Part shown: positions 26,743 to 36,705 of the stretch, piece by piece
Position numbering within the stretch: position 1 is the stretch's first letter
How the letters are laid out: every line of letters begins with the position of its first letter
NCBI GenBank assembly: GCA_045863235.1
Contig: BTUM01000004.1
Span: forward strand, 128,001-192,000
Direction: 5' to 3'
DNA: 64,000 nt
DNA from: Candidatus Xenobia bacterium
Lineage (GTDB): Bacteria; Vulcanimicrobiota; Xenobia; Xenobiales; QWHO01
Position numbers and translations under genes: made by a program
Notes under the pieces: model-generated
Told to the model about the DNA's origin: nothing
The model's input: only the letters and a program-made list of their open reading frames with translations
The model's database searches: none

Positions 26743-27150
26743 TTACGCTTCCGAGGAAGCGGGCTTCTCTTCGGTTGATTCGGTCGCCTGAGCGGTTGAC
26801 TCGGTCGCCTGAGCGGCCTGGGGCTCGGTCGCGGCCTCGCTGGCTTCGGTCGCGCTGGCCTCGCTCGCGGGGGCCTCACCAGACGACGCAGCGGCCTCAG
26901 TCGTCTTCGCAGCGGTCTCGGTCGCCGTCGCAGCGGCTTTCTCCGCCGCGGCAGCCGGCTCAGGCGCAGCTTTCGTCTCGTGGCCACCGTGGCCATGACC
27001 GTGATCGTGCGGGGTGTGGCCGCCAGACTTCTGCACGCCTGTAGCACCACCGCCGATGGAGACCAGGATGTAAGACAGAATCGTCATTCCCACCAGCACG
27101 CCCAGTCCATAGGCGACGGCCGTGCCGAGAGCGATGAAGTAAGTTCCCAT
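26743..27150 (-). CDS. Small membrane protein with His-rich motif and Ala/Glu/Thr-rich tail
   Basis: RBS GGAGGA; TM helix, then HTPHDHGHGHGGH and a low-complexity tail. Confidence 0.65.
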   Translation of the reverse strand: MGTYFIALGTAVAYGLGVLVGMTILSYILVSIGGGATGVQKSGGHTPHDHGHGHGGHETKAAPEPAAAAEKAAATATETAAKTTEAAASSGEAPASEASATEASEAATEPQAAQATESTAQATESTEEKPASSEA

Positions 27151-27290
27151 AGCTTTGTGTTCCTCCGTGGGCCCGAGGACCACCCCGGCCTCGGTGCCGT
27201 GAGTGCGCGACCGGCAGGGTCGGCACATTCCAGGGTAGTTACGTTCTTGGCCCGGGAGGCTCCTGCCCGTCAACGCACGAATTCCAACTC

Positions 27291-27923
27291 ATGCGCCCTC
27301 GCACCCTGGCTCTGGGCTTGACACTCTTCCTGGGTCTGGCCTTGCTGCTCGCCTGGTGGGGCAGCCCCCCGCCTGTAGCCAACCTGGGTCCGCGCGAGGG
27401 ACCGATCGTGATCCTGGGAGACAGCCTGGCCGCCGGAGTGGGCTCGGCCAGCAAGCAGGGCTTCGTCGGCCGGCTCGAGCAGCGGCTGGGAGTGAGCATC
27501 GTCAACAAAGGCATCTCCGGCAACACCACCCGCCAGGGGCTGGATCGGCTCGAGCGCGACGTGCTGAGCCTCAAGCCCGCCCTGGTGATCGTGGAGTTGG
27601 GAGGCAACGACTTCATCCAGAAGGTGCCGCCCGACGAGACCTTCGCCAATCTCGAGCAGATCATCGCCCGCATCCAGGCCCAGGGCGCTCCCGTGCTGCT
27701 GCTGGGGGTGCAGGGAGGGGTCTTTCAGGACAAGGCCGGAGGACGCTACAAGTCACTGGCCCGGAAAATGAAGACAGCCTACGTAGCCAATATCATGGAC
27801 GGGATCTGGACCAACCCGGCCCTCAAGGACGATACCATCCACCCCAACGACGCCGGCTACGAGCGCGTGGCCGAGCGAATTGAGCCGACGCTTCGCAGGA
27901 TGCTCCAGGCAATGCAGCGCTGA
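27291..27923 (+). CDS. SGNH/GDSL arylesterase (TesA-like)
   Basis: LGDSL, NKGISG, ELGGND, DTIHPN catalytic blocks; N-terminal anchor. Confidence 0.9.
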   Translation: MRPRTLALGLTLFLGLALLLAWWGSPPPVANLGPREGPIVILGDSLAAGVGSASKQGFVGRLEQRLGVSIVNKGISGNTTRQGLDRLERDVLSLKPALVIVELGGNDFIQKVPPDETFANLEQIIARIQAQGAPVLLLGVQGGVFQDKAGGRYKSLARKMKTAYVANIMDGIWTNPALKDDTIHPNDAGYERVAERIEPTLRRMLQAMQR

Positions 27924-27924
27924 A

Positions 27925-28719
27925 TCAGCGCCCGGCCGTCTCCTTGCTCTCGTCGGCCTCAGCCTGAGGCTTGCCGGTGGGGGTCTTGCGGGACTCATAC
28001 TCCCCGGCGATGCGGCTCACGTAGCCGATGGTTTCCTCATAGGGCGGGATGCCGCCGTGGCTCTCCACCGCTCCCGGCCCGGCGTTGTAGGCGGCCAGGG
28101 CCTTGCGAAGGTCCTGGAAGCGGCTCAGTTGCTCGGCGAAATAGCGAGCCCCGCCGGCCACGTTCTGGTGCGGATCGAAAGAGTCGGTCACGCCCAGGCC
28201 AGCGGCCGTGCCCGGCATCAACTGCATCAACCCCTGGGCTCCCGAGCGAGAGACCGCATTGGGATTGAAGGCCGACTCGTGCTTGATGATCAGCTCGAGC
28301 AGCAGCGGGTCGAGATTATTGTTCTTGGCCTCGCGCAAGATGACCTCGGACAGGTTGCAAAACTGCATCGAGCTGCCCTTCTGGCCGTAGACCAGGGTGC
28401 GCCGGGGCAACTCTTTGTAGCCGCTCTCGGCGAAGCTGTAGACTTTTGGGATGGGGCCACCGAAAATCGAGGAGCGATGGCTCCGCCGGGCCAGGCTGAC
28501 GGGCGTGGCCGGCACGTTGACGATGAAGGCGTTGTCGTTGGAGTGGTTGCGCCGGGTGCGCATGACCTTCTTGAGGCGCTGGGCCTCCGGGTTGGTGTAA
28601 ACCTTGACGGCCTGGCCGTTCTCATACTCGGTGGTCACATAGACTTCGGCTCCGGCGCTCGAGGAAATCGTCGCCATCGTCAGCAGGATCAGGGCCGAGG
28701 TCCTTAGAAGCTTCTTCAA
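27925..28719 (-). CDS. Secreted lytic transglycosylase (SLT domain)
   Basis: HESAFNPNAVS..GAQGLMQLMP.TA, ALAAYNAGPG, GGIPPYEET; signal peptide. Confidence 0.9.
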   Translation of the reverse strand: MKKLLRTSALILLTMATISSSAGAEVYVTTEYENGQAVKVYTNPEAQRLKKVMRTRRNHSNDNAFIVNVPATPVSLARRSHRSSIFGGPIPKVYSFAESGYKELPRRTLVYGQKGSSMQFCNLSEVILREAKNNNLDPLLLELIIKHESAFNPNAVSRSGAQGLMQLMPGTAAGLGVTDSFDPHQNVAGGARYFAEQLSRFQDLRKALAAYNAGPGAVESHGGIPPYEETIGYVSRIAGEYESRKTPTGKPQAEADESKETAGR

Positions 28720-28836
28720 GTTCCTGTTCCACCTTATTCAAGTTGTCAGCTCCCGACGGCGTCAACACGCTTCTTCGCACGCAGGGGTCTGCTTGCATTT
28801 GAATCAAGGTTGAAATGATTGTCTTTCCAGGGCCAG

Positions 28837-28871
28837 AAGTCCTCCCTGACCGGGGGGGCAGGACTTTTTTT
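28837..28871 (+). terminator. Rho-independent terminator in a divergent intergenic region
   Basis: AAGTCCT-CCCT-GACC-GGGG..-AGGACTT stem followed by T7. Confidence 0.7.
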
Positions 28872-28922
28872 GCCCCCACCCAAAACCATCCACGCCATGA
28901 CCGAATCCGCGCCGGGTATAGC

Positions 28923-29777
28923 GTGAAGACCAACTGCCCTCGCTGCGAAGGCAGCGGCCAGTGCATCGAGTGCAAAGGCTCGGGGAAGGTCACCTGTCCC
29001 ACCTGCCAGGGCAGCGGAGAGTGCACCACCCCCCGCGGCACCACCTTCAAGTGCAAGAGTTGCCAGGGGAGTGGCTCCATCGCCTGTCCGGTCACCTGTG
29101 ACTCGTGCCAGGGCAGCGGCGTCATCACCGACAAACTGCAAAAACAGGTGCGCGAGAAGTACACCGCCCGCTTCGCCAACTACAGCCCGCTGAGCCGCAT
29201 GACCACCTACCTGGTGGTGCTCGATGTGGTCTTCTACTTTCTCACCTACTGGGGGCCGCCCGATTTGCGTGGCCCCATCTTCAACGCCCTGGCCAACACG
29301 CCGGCTCTGTTTGCTGACCACGAGTACTGGCGGCTCGTCACGCCCGTCCTGCTGCACGGTGGGCTGTTGCACCTGGCCATGAACTGCTACTACCTGGCTC
29401 AATATTGCCCGCCCATCGAGGGAGCCTACGGCAGCCACCGCTTCCTCTGGCTCTACGTCTTCTGCGCCGCCACCGGCAACTTCTTCAGCTGGCTCGGTCA
29501 CTGGGTCATCCAGGGCCAGCCCTATGCGAGCGTGGGCGCCTCCACGGCTCTCTTCGGGGTGGGCTCGGCCTACCTGGCTCTCTACTGGCGCTGGCGCCTG
29601 TTCGATCAGAGCGTCGTGCGCTGGTGGCTCGGCTATATGGGGATTCTGCTGGCGGCCGGGTTCGCCATGGATTTCGGCGGATACAACGTGCTCAACATCG
29701 ACAACTGGGGTCACCTGGGCGGCGCGCTCGGGGGCCTGGCCTTCGTCTACCTCCTCCCCCGCCCCACCGGACACTGA
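28923..29777 (+). CDS. Rhomboid intramembrane serine protease with N-terminal DnaJ-type zinc finger
   Basis: Five CxxCxGSG repeats; EYWRLVT..LLHGGLLHLAMN, VGAST (Ser), GHLGG (His); GTG start inferred. Confidence 0.85.
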   Translation: MKTNCPRCEGSGQCIECKGSGKVTCPTCQGSGECTTPRGTTFKCKSCQGSGSIACPVTCDSCQGSGVITDKLQKQVREKYTARFANYSPLSRMTTYLVVLDVVFYFLTYWGPPDLRGPIFNALANTPALFADHEYWRLVTPVLLHGGLLHLAMNCYYLAQYCPPIEGAYGSHRFLWLYVFCAATGNFFSWLGHWVIQGQPYASVGASTALFGVGSAYLALYWRWRLFDQSVVRWWLGYMGILLAAGFAMDFGGYNVLNIDNWGHLGGALGGLAFVYLLPRPTGH

Positions 29778-29819
29778 GGTGTTGTCGAAGCGCCCCCCGG
29801 CGTGCATAATAGGGAGCCA

Positions 29820-30437
29820 ATGCTGTCAGACAAGACCCTGCTGATCATCCTCTACGCGCTCGTAGCCGTGCGCCTGGTGAGTCACTTCCTCAGGCGCCAG
29901 GGGTGGCTCGAAGAGACCATCGACTCGCTGATCCCGGCGGGCGTCACCGCTCTGGCTGTCATCGCGTTCCTGGTCCGGCCCTACTACATTCCCTCCGGCT
30001 CCATGGAGAACACCCTGCTGGTCAGGGACCTCTTGCTGGTGGACAAGCTGATCTACCGCTTCAGCCATCCCAACCGGGGAGACATCGTGGTCTTCCGGCG
30101 CCCGGACGCTCGCCCTGACGACCCGGCCTTGATCAAGCGGGTGGTGGGAGTCGCCGGGGACGTGCTCGAGGTGCGGGGCGGCTCGCTCTACCGCAACGGC
30201 ATGAAGGTGGAGGAGCCCTACATCAAGGAGCCCATCGACCACGACGACGGCCCCTACGTGGTGCAGCCGGGACACCTCTTCATGATGGGCGACAATCGCA
30301 ACAACTCGCAGGACTCGAGGGTCTGGGGCCAGCTCCCCCTGACCCACGTGGTGGGACGGGCCGAGGTCATCGTCTTCCCCTTCACCCGCCTTCGTCTGCT
30401 GCGCTCACAACAGGGTGTGGCTCAGGAGTTGCCATGA
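29820..30437 (+). CDS. lepB: Signal peptidase I (paralog 1)
   Basis: [35 protein letters not shown]. Confidence 0.92.
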   Translation: MLSDKTLLIILYALVAVRLVSHFLRRQGWLEETIDSLIPAGVTALAVIAFLVRPYYIPSGSMENTLLVRDLLLVDKLIYRFSHPNRGDIVVFRRPDARPDDPALIKRVVGVAGDVLEVRGGSLYRNGMKVEEPYIKEPIDHDDGPYVVQPGHLFMMGDNRNNSQDSRVWGQLPLTHVVGRAEVIVFPFTRLRLLRSQQGVAQELP

Positions 30438-30457
30438 GAAATGGCCCGTGCTATACT
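30429..30457 (+). promoter_or_regulatory. Sigma70 promoter of the rplS operon
   Basis: TTGCCA-N17-TATACT with extended -10 TG. Confidence 0.7.
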
Positions 30458-30494
30458 ACCGCCTGTTCTGAAAGACTGAAAGGGAATCACCGGG

Positions 30495-30857
30495 ATGAAG
30501 CTGATTAACGAACTCGAGAAAACCCAGATGACGCGCACCGATCTGCCCTCGTTCGGCCCTGGCGACACGGTCAAGGCCTGGCTCAAGGTGATCGAAGGCG
30601 GCAAAGAGCGCCTGCAGGCCTTCGAGGGCGTTTGCATCGCACGTAAGAACAGCGGCCTCAAGGAGTGCTTCACGCTGCGCAAGATCTCCAATGGCGTGGG
30701 CGTCGAGCGCACCATCCTGCTGCACAGCCCCCGCCTGGGAAGCCTGGAAGTGACCCGCCGCGGCGACGTGCGCCAGTCGCGCCTGTTCTATCTGCGCGAC
30801 AAGGTCGGCAAGAAGGCCAAGATTAAGGAAAAGCGCCTCACCACGACCAAGGCTTAG
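30495..30857 (+). CDS. rplS: 50S ribosomal protein L19
   Basis: F.PGDTV...[41 protein letters not shown]. Confidence 0.97.
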   Translation: MKLINELEKTQMTRTDLPSFGPGDTVKAWLKVIEGGKERLQAFEGVCIARKNSGLKECFTLRKISNGVGVERTILLHSPRLGSLEVTRRGDVRQSRLFYLRDKVGKKAKIKEKRLTTTKA

Positions 30858-30860
30858 CCG

Positions 30861-31523
30861 TTGTCGGAAACCCAGCTCTTCCTCGTCCTCTATGTGCTGG
30901 TCGGGTTGCGGCTGGTTTTTCATTTGTATCCCAAGCTGCTCGATGAGACCTGGCACCAGTGGCAGAGTGAGCTGATCGACGGAATGGTGGTGGCGGGCGT
31001 GACCGCCCTGCTCTTGATCAACTTCGTGGTGCGCAGCTTCTTCATCCCCTCGGGCAGCATGGAGCCAACCCTGCAGGTGGACGACTACATCCTGGTCAAC
31101 GAGTTCATCTATCGCTTCGTCAAGCCACAGAGGGGCGACATCGTCGTCTTCAAGCCACCCGAGTCGGCCAACAGCAACCCCGACCACCGCGACTTCATCA
31201 AGCGAATCGTCGGTATCGAGGGCGACGTCATCGAAGTGCGCGATGGAGCCCTCTACCGCAACGGGTTTCGCGTGCAAGAGCCGTACGTGGCCGAGCCCAT
31301 CTTCGGCGACGAGCCGCCCGTGCTCGTCAAGCCCAACCACCTCTTCATGATGGGCGACAACCGCAACAACTCACAGGACTCGCGCTACTGGGGGCAACTG
31401 CCAGAGGAGAACGTGGTGGGCAAAGCCTTTTTGATCTTCCTGAACTGGCGTGAGAAACGCCTCCCCATGGAGGTGCTGCGCACGGACCAGGGCGTTCCCG
31501 TCGTGGCCGACCCTCAGAAGTGA
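30861..31523 (+). CDS. lepB: Signal peptidase I (paralog 2)
   Basis: [42 protein letters not shown] start. Confidence 0.92.
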   Translation: MSETQLFLVLYVLVGLRLVFHLYPKLLDETWHQWQSELIDGMVVAGVTALLLINFVVRSFFIPSGSMEPTLQVDDYILVNEFIYRFVKPQRGDIVVFKPPESANSNPDHRDFIKRIVGIEGDVIEVRDGALYRNGFRVQEPYVAEPIFGDEPPVLVKPNHLFMMGDNRNNSQDSRYWGQLPEENVVGKAFLIFLNWREKRLPMEVLRTDQGVPVVADPQK

Positions 31524-32395
31524 CCGACAGCGCCTACTCCTGGTTTCCCGGCCACATGCGCCGGGCCATGCGGCGCCTGGAGCAAGACCTGGAGCTGGCC
31601 GATGCCGTGCTGTTCGTGCTCGAGGCCCGGCTGCCCGAGTCCTCGCGCCATCCCGAGCTGGAAGAGATGCTCCGAAAGCGTGGCCGGCTGCTGTTTTACG
31701 TGCTGGCCAAGGCGGACCTGGCCGACCCGGCTGCCACCGAGAGCTGGCTCACCTATCTGAGAGAGCAGGGCAATCAAGCGATCGCCCTCAACGCCGTCAA
31801 GGGCAGCGGGGCCGGCGCTCTGACCCCATCGCTGGAGAAGCTGGCCGCCCGCATCGCCGAGCAACGGGCCAAAAAGAAGCTCAACCCGCGCGATCCGCGC
31901 CTGGTTGTGGTGGGAATTCCCAACGTTGGCAAGTCCTCCTTGCTCAACCGGCTGGTGGGGCGCAAGCAGGCCATCACCGGCGACCGGCCCGGGGTCACCC
32001 GCGGCAAACAGTGGGTGGTGGCGGCCGGACGCTGGCAGGTGATGGACACGCCAGGCATCCTCTATCCCCGCATCGAGGGGATGGACCGGCTGGCCTGCCT
32101 GGCCGCCACCGGCTGCGTGCGCGAAGAGGCCATCCCCTCCGAGGAGGCAGCCGCCTACCTGCTGGCCCGACTGGTCAAACTGGGCCAGGCTCAGGCCTAC
32201 ATCACCGGCGAGGAGCTGCCTGGCGAGCCCTTCGAGCTACTGGAGGAGACCGGGCGCCGCAAAGGCTTCCTGCTCAAGGGGGCGCGGGTGGACACCGAGC
32301 GCACCGCCCGCTGGGTGCTGCAGGCTTTTCGCGAGGGTCGGGCCGGGCGCATCACCCTGGAGCTGCCCCCGAACGCGTGCACGACAGGGGCTTGA
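31520..32395 (+). CDS. ylqF: Ribosome biogenesis GTPase YlqF/RbgA
   Basis: [28 protein letters not shown]. Confidence 0.93.
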   Translation: MTDSAYSWFPGHMRRAMRRLEQDLELADAVLFVLEARLPESSRHPELEEMLRKRGRLLFYVLAKADLADPAATESWLTYLREQGNQAIALNAVKGSGAGALTPSLEKLAARIAEQRAKKKLNPRDPRLVVVGIPNVGKSSLLNRLVGRKQAITGDRPGVTRGKQWVVAAGRWQVMDTPGILYPRIEGMDRLACLAATGCVREEAIPSEEAAAYLLARLVKLGQAQAYITGEELPGEPFELLEETGRRKGFLLKGARVDTERTARWVLQAFREGRAGRITLELPPNACTTGA

Positions 32396-32419
32396 GAACG
32401 TTTCCAGAACCGCTCAGCC

Positions 32420-33172
32420 ATGCCCACCACCTGTTTCGACCTGCTGGCCTGCTTTGAGCCCGCCAAGAGCCTGAGGGACCTGCGCCGCCAGCTCTCCGGC
32501 GACGAGGCCCTCCAGGCGGCTGCTCAGAGCGAGAGGAAACGGCTGGCCCGCATGTGTCGCGAGGAGAAGGCTCTCTGGAAGGAGGGTTGCCGCATCGTGG
32601 TGGGCACCGACGAGGTGGGCCGAGGGCCTATGGCCGGGCCCCTGGTGGCGGCCGCGGTGGCTTTCGCCTGCCCTCCCTTCATCCCCGGGCTGGACGACTC
32701 CAAGAAGCTCACCCTGGAGCAGCGCGAGGCGATCGTGCCCTGGGTGGAGCTGCAGGCCATCGCCTACCGGGTGGAATGGATCCCCCTGCAGGAGCTCAAC
32801 CAGGGCAACCTGCACGAGCTTTCCCTGCGGGCCATGGCCCAGGCCGTCCGGGGGCTGGGGGTGGAGGCCGACCACATCCTGGTGGACGGGCGCTTCAAGC
32901 TTCCCCTGGACGTCGCCCAGACAGTGCTGGTCAAGGGCGACTCGCGCTCGGCCTCCATCGCGGCCGCCTCGGTTCTGGCCAAGGTCAGCCGCGACCGCTA
33001 CATGATCGAGCAGGACCGCCGCTATCCCGGCTACGGCTTTGCTTCCCACAAGGGCTACAACACCCCCGAGCACATGGCCGCCCTCGAGCTCCTGGGCCCC
33101 TGCCCGCTGCACCGCACCCGCTTTGCCCCCATCCAGCGCTTCTTCAGCGGCCAGCTGACCCTCGACCTGTGA
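32420..33172 (+). CDS. rnhB: Ribonuclease HII
   Basis: GTDEVGRGPMAGP, DDSKKL, VDG, KGDSRSASIAAASVLAKV, HKGY. Confidence 0.95.
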   Translation: MPTTCFDLLACFEPAKSLRDLRRQLSGDEALQAAAQSERKRLARMCREEKALWKEGCRIVVGTDEVGRGPMAGPLVAAAVAFACPPFIPGLDDSKKLTLEQREAIVPWVELQAIAYRVEWIPLQELNQGNLHELSLRAMAQAVRGLGVEADHILVDGRFKLPLDVAQTVLVKGDSRSASIAAASVLAKVSRDRYMIEQDRRYPGYGFASHKGYNTPEHMAALELLGPCPLHRTRFAPIQRFFSGQLTLDL

Positions 33173-34101
33173 TCGAGCTCTTGCTGCTGGTGGTGCTGGG
33201 TGCCCAGCCCTCCTCGTTCAGTTTCTACCAGACCGAAGGTTGGACCGGGGGGGACGGGGCTTACTCGGTCGACCTGGGCCGGGGGCGGACGCTCTGGCTC
33301 TTCGGCGACACCCTGGTGGGCCGGATCGCCGATGGCAAGCGAACCCAGATGGACATGATCCACAACTCGTTTGCCATCACGCAGGGCAACCAGAGGGAGT
33401 TCTTCCTGCACGAGCTCAAGCCGAGTGAGAAAGACAGCTACTACTGGCCCTCCGATGGCGTGCTGTGGAACGACAGGCTGTGGATCTTCGAGAAGAAGGT
33501 CCGCAATCAGCCCGGCGGCCCGCCCGGCCTCGACTTCGAGTGGGTGGGCGAGGATCTGCTCGAGGTCAAAAACCCCCAGGCCGACCCCCCCGACTGGACG
33601 ATCGAGCGCCATCCGGCCGGTCCCTTGCACCCGGGTATCGCCTGCCTGGTGCACGAGGGCAAGCTTTACGCCTACGGGCTCAAGGACGGCAAATCGGTGC
33701 TGATCCGCTACGGCCACGACCTCGAGCCGGAGTACTTTTCAGCGGTCGAGGGCTGGTCGAAGGATCCTTCCCAGGCCTCCATCCTGTTCGAGCAGGCCGC
33801 CTCGGAGATGAGCGTCATGCCCTTCCGGGGTCAGTTCCTGGCCGTCTACACCCGAGGGGGACTGGGGCCGGAGGTGGTGGCCCGCACCGCTCCTCGCCCG
33901 GAGGGCCCCTGGAGCGAGCCGGTGCTGCTCTACAAGGCAGCCGAAACGGGCTTGCTGCTCTATGCCGGCAAGGCCCACCGCACACTGTCCGACCCCGACC
34001 GTTTGACCATCAGCTACTGCCGCAACATCGGAGCCCTGGAGGCGCACCGCGAGCGGCCCGAGGTGTACTTCCCCCAGTTCCTGGAGGTAAAGCTGCGCTG
34101 A
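33169..34101 (+). CDS. Secreted beta-propeller protein (DUF4185/DUF5005-like)
   Basis: WTGGDGAYS...TLWLFGDT, YYWP, APRPEGPWSEP; signal-like N-terminus; GTG overlaps the rnhB stop. Confidence 0.65.
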   Translation: MIELLLLVVLGAQPSSFSFYQTEGWTGGDGAYSVDLGRGRTLWLFGDTLVGRIADGKRTQMDMIHNSFAITQGNQREFFLHELKPSEKDSYYWPSDGVLWNDRLWIFEKKVRNQPGGPPGLDFEWVGEDLLEVKNPQADPPDWTIERHPAGPLHPGIACLVHEGKLYAYGLKDGKSVLIRYGHDLEPEYFSAVEGWSKDPSQASILFEQAASEMSVMPFRGQFLAVYTRGGLGPEVVARTAPRPEGPWSEPVLLYKAAETGLLLYAGKAHRTLSDPDRLTISYCRNIGALEAHRERPEVYFPQFLEVKLR

Positions 34102-34140
34102 GACAAGAAAGGCAGGGCCACCCTAGATTGCGAGGATGCT

Positions 34141-34587
34141 ATGCCCACCTGTCCCAACTGCCAGGCTGAAGTCATCTCCGACGCCCAGTTCTGCGAGGCC
34201 TGTGGCTACCGACTGGGCCAGGCTGCCCAGCAGGGCAGCGTGGAAGTGCGCAACGTCGAGCGTCCGGCCGCCTTGCCCGGCTCGCTGCGCAACGAGATCC
34301 CCTTCCTGAGCGGGGCGGTGCGTCAGGCCAAGGCTCGTCTCGAGAGCTGGAAAGAGCAGACCGAGCGCGACAAGCGCGAGGCCCGGCGCGAGGAAGAAAT
34401 GCGCAAGCAAGAGGAAGAGCAGGCCGTCAAGAAGGGCGGCAAACGTAGCATCTGGCTCATGCTGGTGGGCGTGATGGTGCTGGCGGCCTGGGTGTGGCTG
34501 ATTATCCGTTTCCCCCCCAAAGCCAACCCGCTGCTCAAGTGGCAGTTGCTTCAGGAGATGCGCCGCGAATTCGGGCTTCTCGATTGA
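34141..34587 (+). CDS. Zinc-ribbon, coiled-coil, single-TM protein
   Basis: CPNC...FCEACG ribbon, charged helix, C-terminal TM. Confidence 0.75.
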   Translation: MPTCPNCQAEVISDAQFCEACGYRLGQAAQQGSVEVRNVERPAALPGSLRNEIPFLSGAVRQAKARLESWKEQTERDKREARREEEMRKQEEEQAVKKGGKRSIWLMLVGVMVLAAWVWLIIRFPPKANPLLKWQLLQEMRREFGLLD

Positions 34588-34685
34588 CGCCGCGCTAACG
34601 GCCACGGCCGGGTGACGTTGGCACGCAGGACTCCCCCCGGATAACGGGAAACGCGGTCCATCATCAATCGGAGGGGGGCTTTCCT

Positions 34686-36656
34686 TTGCGCAAGTTCTTG
34701 GTCCTTTCCATTCTCATGCTCTGCGCGGCTCTCAGCGCTTGCAGCGGCAGTGACGTCGGCGGAACCCTCGCCGGTGGGAACCTGAACCCTATTCCTCAGG
34801 TCCAGACTGCGGAGATCGTGGTACGGAGCGTCCTGGCTCGCGTCATCCCGGCCTCGGTCACGGGACTGCGCTTCACCGCCACCGACGCGGCTGGCAACGT
34901 CGTCTTCGGGCCCGAGCTCCGGGCCAAAGCGGCAGTGATCACGCTGGTCGTTCCCATCACGGCCAAGAACCTGACCATCGAATATCTCGAGGGCGACACG
35001 GTCGTGGGCCTCTTCAACCAGGCGCTCGACCTGACGGCTGGTGGGAGCTTCACCATCAACGACCCGGACTTCGTGGACGTCAACGTGGTGACGCTCCAGA
35101 GCATCACGGTCAATCCCTCCAATCCCTCCCTGGCGCCTGGCTCCCTCCTTCCCTTTACGGCCATCGGGAACTTCTCCAACGCAACCTCCAACCAGCTCGG
35201 CGCCGGCGTGGTCTGGGCCAGCAGCGATCCAGCCGTCGCCACCATCGATGCCAACGGCCAGGCGACCGCTCTGGCGGACGGCACCACTACCATCACGGCC
35301 ACCTTCCAGGGGGTCAGCGGCAATACTACCCTGACCGTCACCACCCCGGCGGTGGTCCCGGTGGCGACCAGCCTTGTCATCACCCAGCAGCCGGTGAACA
35401 GCCAGGCGACCGTGACCATCGCGCAGGTCGTGGTCGAGGTTCGCGACCAGAACAACGCGCTTTTCACCGCCGCGTCGGTGCCAGTCACGCTGGCCTTCGG
35501 AGCCAATCCGGGTGGAGCCACTCTGGGCGGAACCCTGACCTTGAACTCCGTCAACGGAGTGGTCACCTTTAGCGACCTGACCGTTTCGGCGGCCGGCACC
35601 GGCTACACGCTGGCGGCCAGCTCGCCCAATTTGACCGGCGCCACCAGCAACGCATTCGACGTGCGGCCGGCACCCGGCACGGCCACCTTGTTCGCCCTTC
35701 CCAACGCCGGCTCGCTCCCGGCCGGCATCTGCGCGGGCCCCGACGGCAACATCTGGTTCACCGAGTCCAGCGCGATCGCAGGCAGGATCGGCCAGATCAC
35801 CACCGCCGGGGTCATCACCGAGTTCAATACCGGCCTCAGTTTCCCGATCCAGTTGCTGGGGATCTGCTCGAGCCCGGCCGAGAACCTCGTCTACTTCACC
35901 GAGCGAAACGGACCCCCGTCACCACCCTTCATGCCGGCCGGCTCGCTGGGCCGGGTGGGCACCATGACCATGGCCGGGGTGGGCAACGAGTTTTTCACCG
36001 ACAACGCTGGTGGCTCTCTGCCCGCCGGTATCGCACTGGGCTCGGACGGCAACATCTGGTGGACCATGTCCTCCAACCAGGCTCCCACCGACGGCTCCAC
36101 GATCTTCCGACGACTGACTACCCCACCTTTCACGTCCGCCCCCTTCTCGGCCGGCATCTCTGCCAACCCGACCCTGAGCGATATCTGCGCCGGACCGGAC
36201 GGCAACATGTGGTTCACGGAGAACGCCCTGGCCCAGGTCGGCCGCATGGATACCAGCGGAGTGGTGATCAACGAGTTGCCCTGCGGCGCCTTTCCGACCA
36301 CCATCGTCTCGGGTCCCGACGGCCGCCTCTGGCTCATCCGCGACGACCTCGCCATCGGTGGGGTGGACGCGATCGAGGCCATGACCACCGCGGGAGCGGT
36401 CACCACCTTCCTGCTTCCCGTCGACAGCAATCCTCAGGATATCTGCGTGGGTCCCGACGGAAACCTGTGGGTCACCCTGACCAGCTTCGACGGCGTCTCG
36501 CCCACGTCAGGCCTGGTGCGGATCACGACGGGGGGCGTGATGACGACCTTCCAGGAGCCGACCATGGTCAACCCGGTGGGGATCTGCTCGGGGCCGGACG
36601 GCAATCTCTGGGTCACCTGCGCCATCGGGAACGCGATCGCCCGGGTCGTTCCGTAG
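34686..36656 (+). CDS. Lipoprotein with Ig-like (Big_2) domain and Vgb-like beta-propeller
   Basis: Lipobox LSAC; WASSDPAVATIDANG.AT (Big_2); repeated P..I..GPDGNLWFT units. Confidence 0.8.
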   Translation: MRKFLVLSILMLCAALSACSGSDVGGTLAGGNLNPIPQVQTAEIVVRSVLARVIPASVTGLRFTATDAAGNVVFGPELRAKAAVITLVVPITAKNLTIEYLEGDTVVGLFNQALDLTAGGSFTINDPDFVDVNVVTLQSITVNPSNPSLAPGSLLPFTAIGNFSNATSNQLGAGVVWASSDPAVATIDANGQATALADGTTTITATFQGVSGNTTLTVTTPAVVPVATSLVITQQPVNSQATVTIAQVVVEVRDQNNALFTAASVPVTLAFGANPGGATLGGTLTLNSVNGVVTFSDLTVSAAGTGYTLAASSPNLTGATSNAFDVRPAPGTATLFALPNAGSLPAGICAGPDGNIWFTESSAIAGRIGQITTAGVITEFNTGLSFPIQLLGICSSPAENLVYFTERNGPPSPPFMPAGSLGRVGTMTMAGVGNEFFTDNAGGSLPAGIALGSDGNIWWTMSSNQAPTDGSTIFRRLTTPPFTSAPFSAGISANPTLSDICAGPDGNMWFTENALAQVGRMDTSGVVINELPCGAFPTTIVSGPDGRLWLIRDDLAIGGVDAIEAMTTAGAVTTFLLPVDSNPQDICVGPDGNLWVTLTSFDGVSPTSGLVRITTGGVMTTFQEPTMVNPVGICSGPDGNLWVTCAIGNAIARVVP

Positions 36657-36662
36657 TCTTGA

Positions 36663-36703
36663 CGGAAAGGAGGCGGGAGCAGGGTCTGCTCCCGCCCTTT
36701 CCG
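36663..36703. terminator. Hairpin between convergent genes, probably a bidirectional terminator
   Basis: GGCGGGAGCAG/CTGCTCCCGCC 11-bp stem extended by CGGAAAG/CTTTCCG. Confidence 0.7.
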
Positions 36704-36705
36704 GG

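Noticed and set aside
26760..26960. Tandem DNA repeats (GCGACCGAG-like units)
   Set aside because: They simply encode the ATE-rich low-complexity protein tail.
34686..36656. Virginiamycin B lyase resistance gene
   Set aside because: The Vgb-like repeats are part of a surface lipoprotein with Ig domains; a generic propeller, not evidence of resistance.
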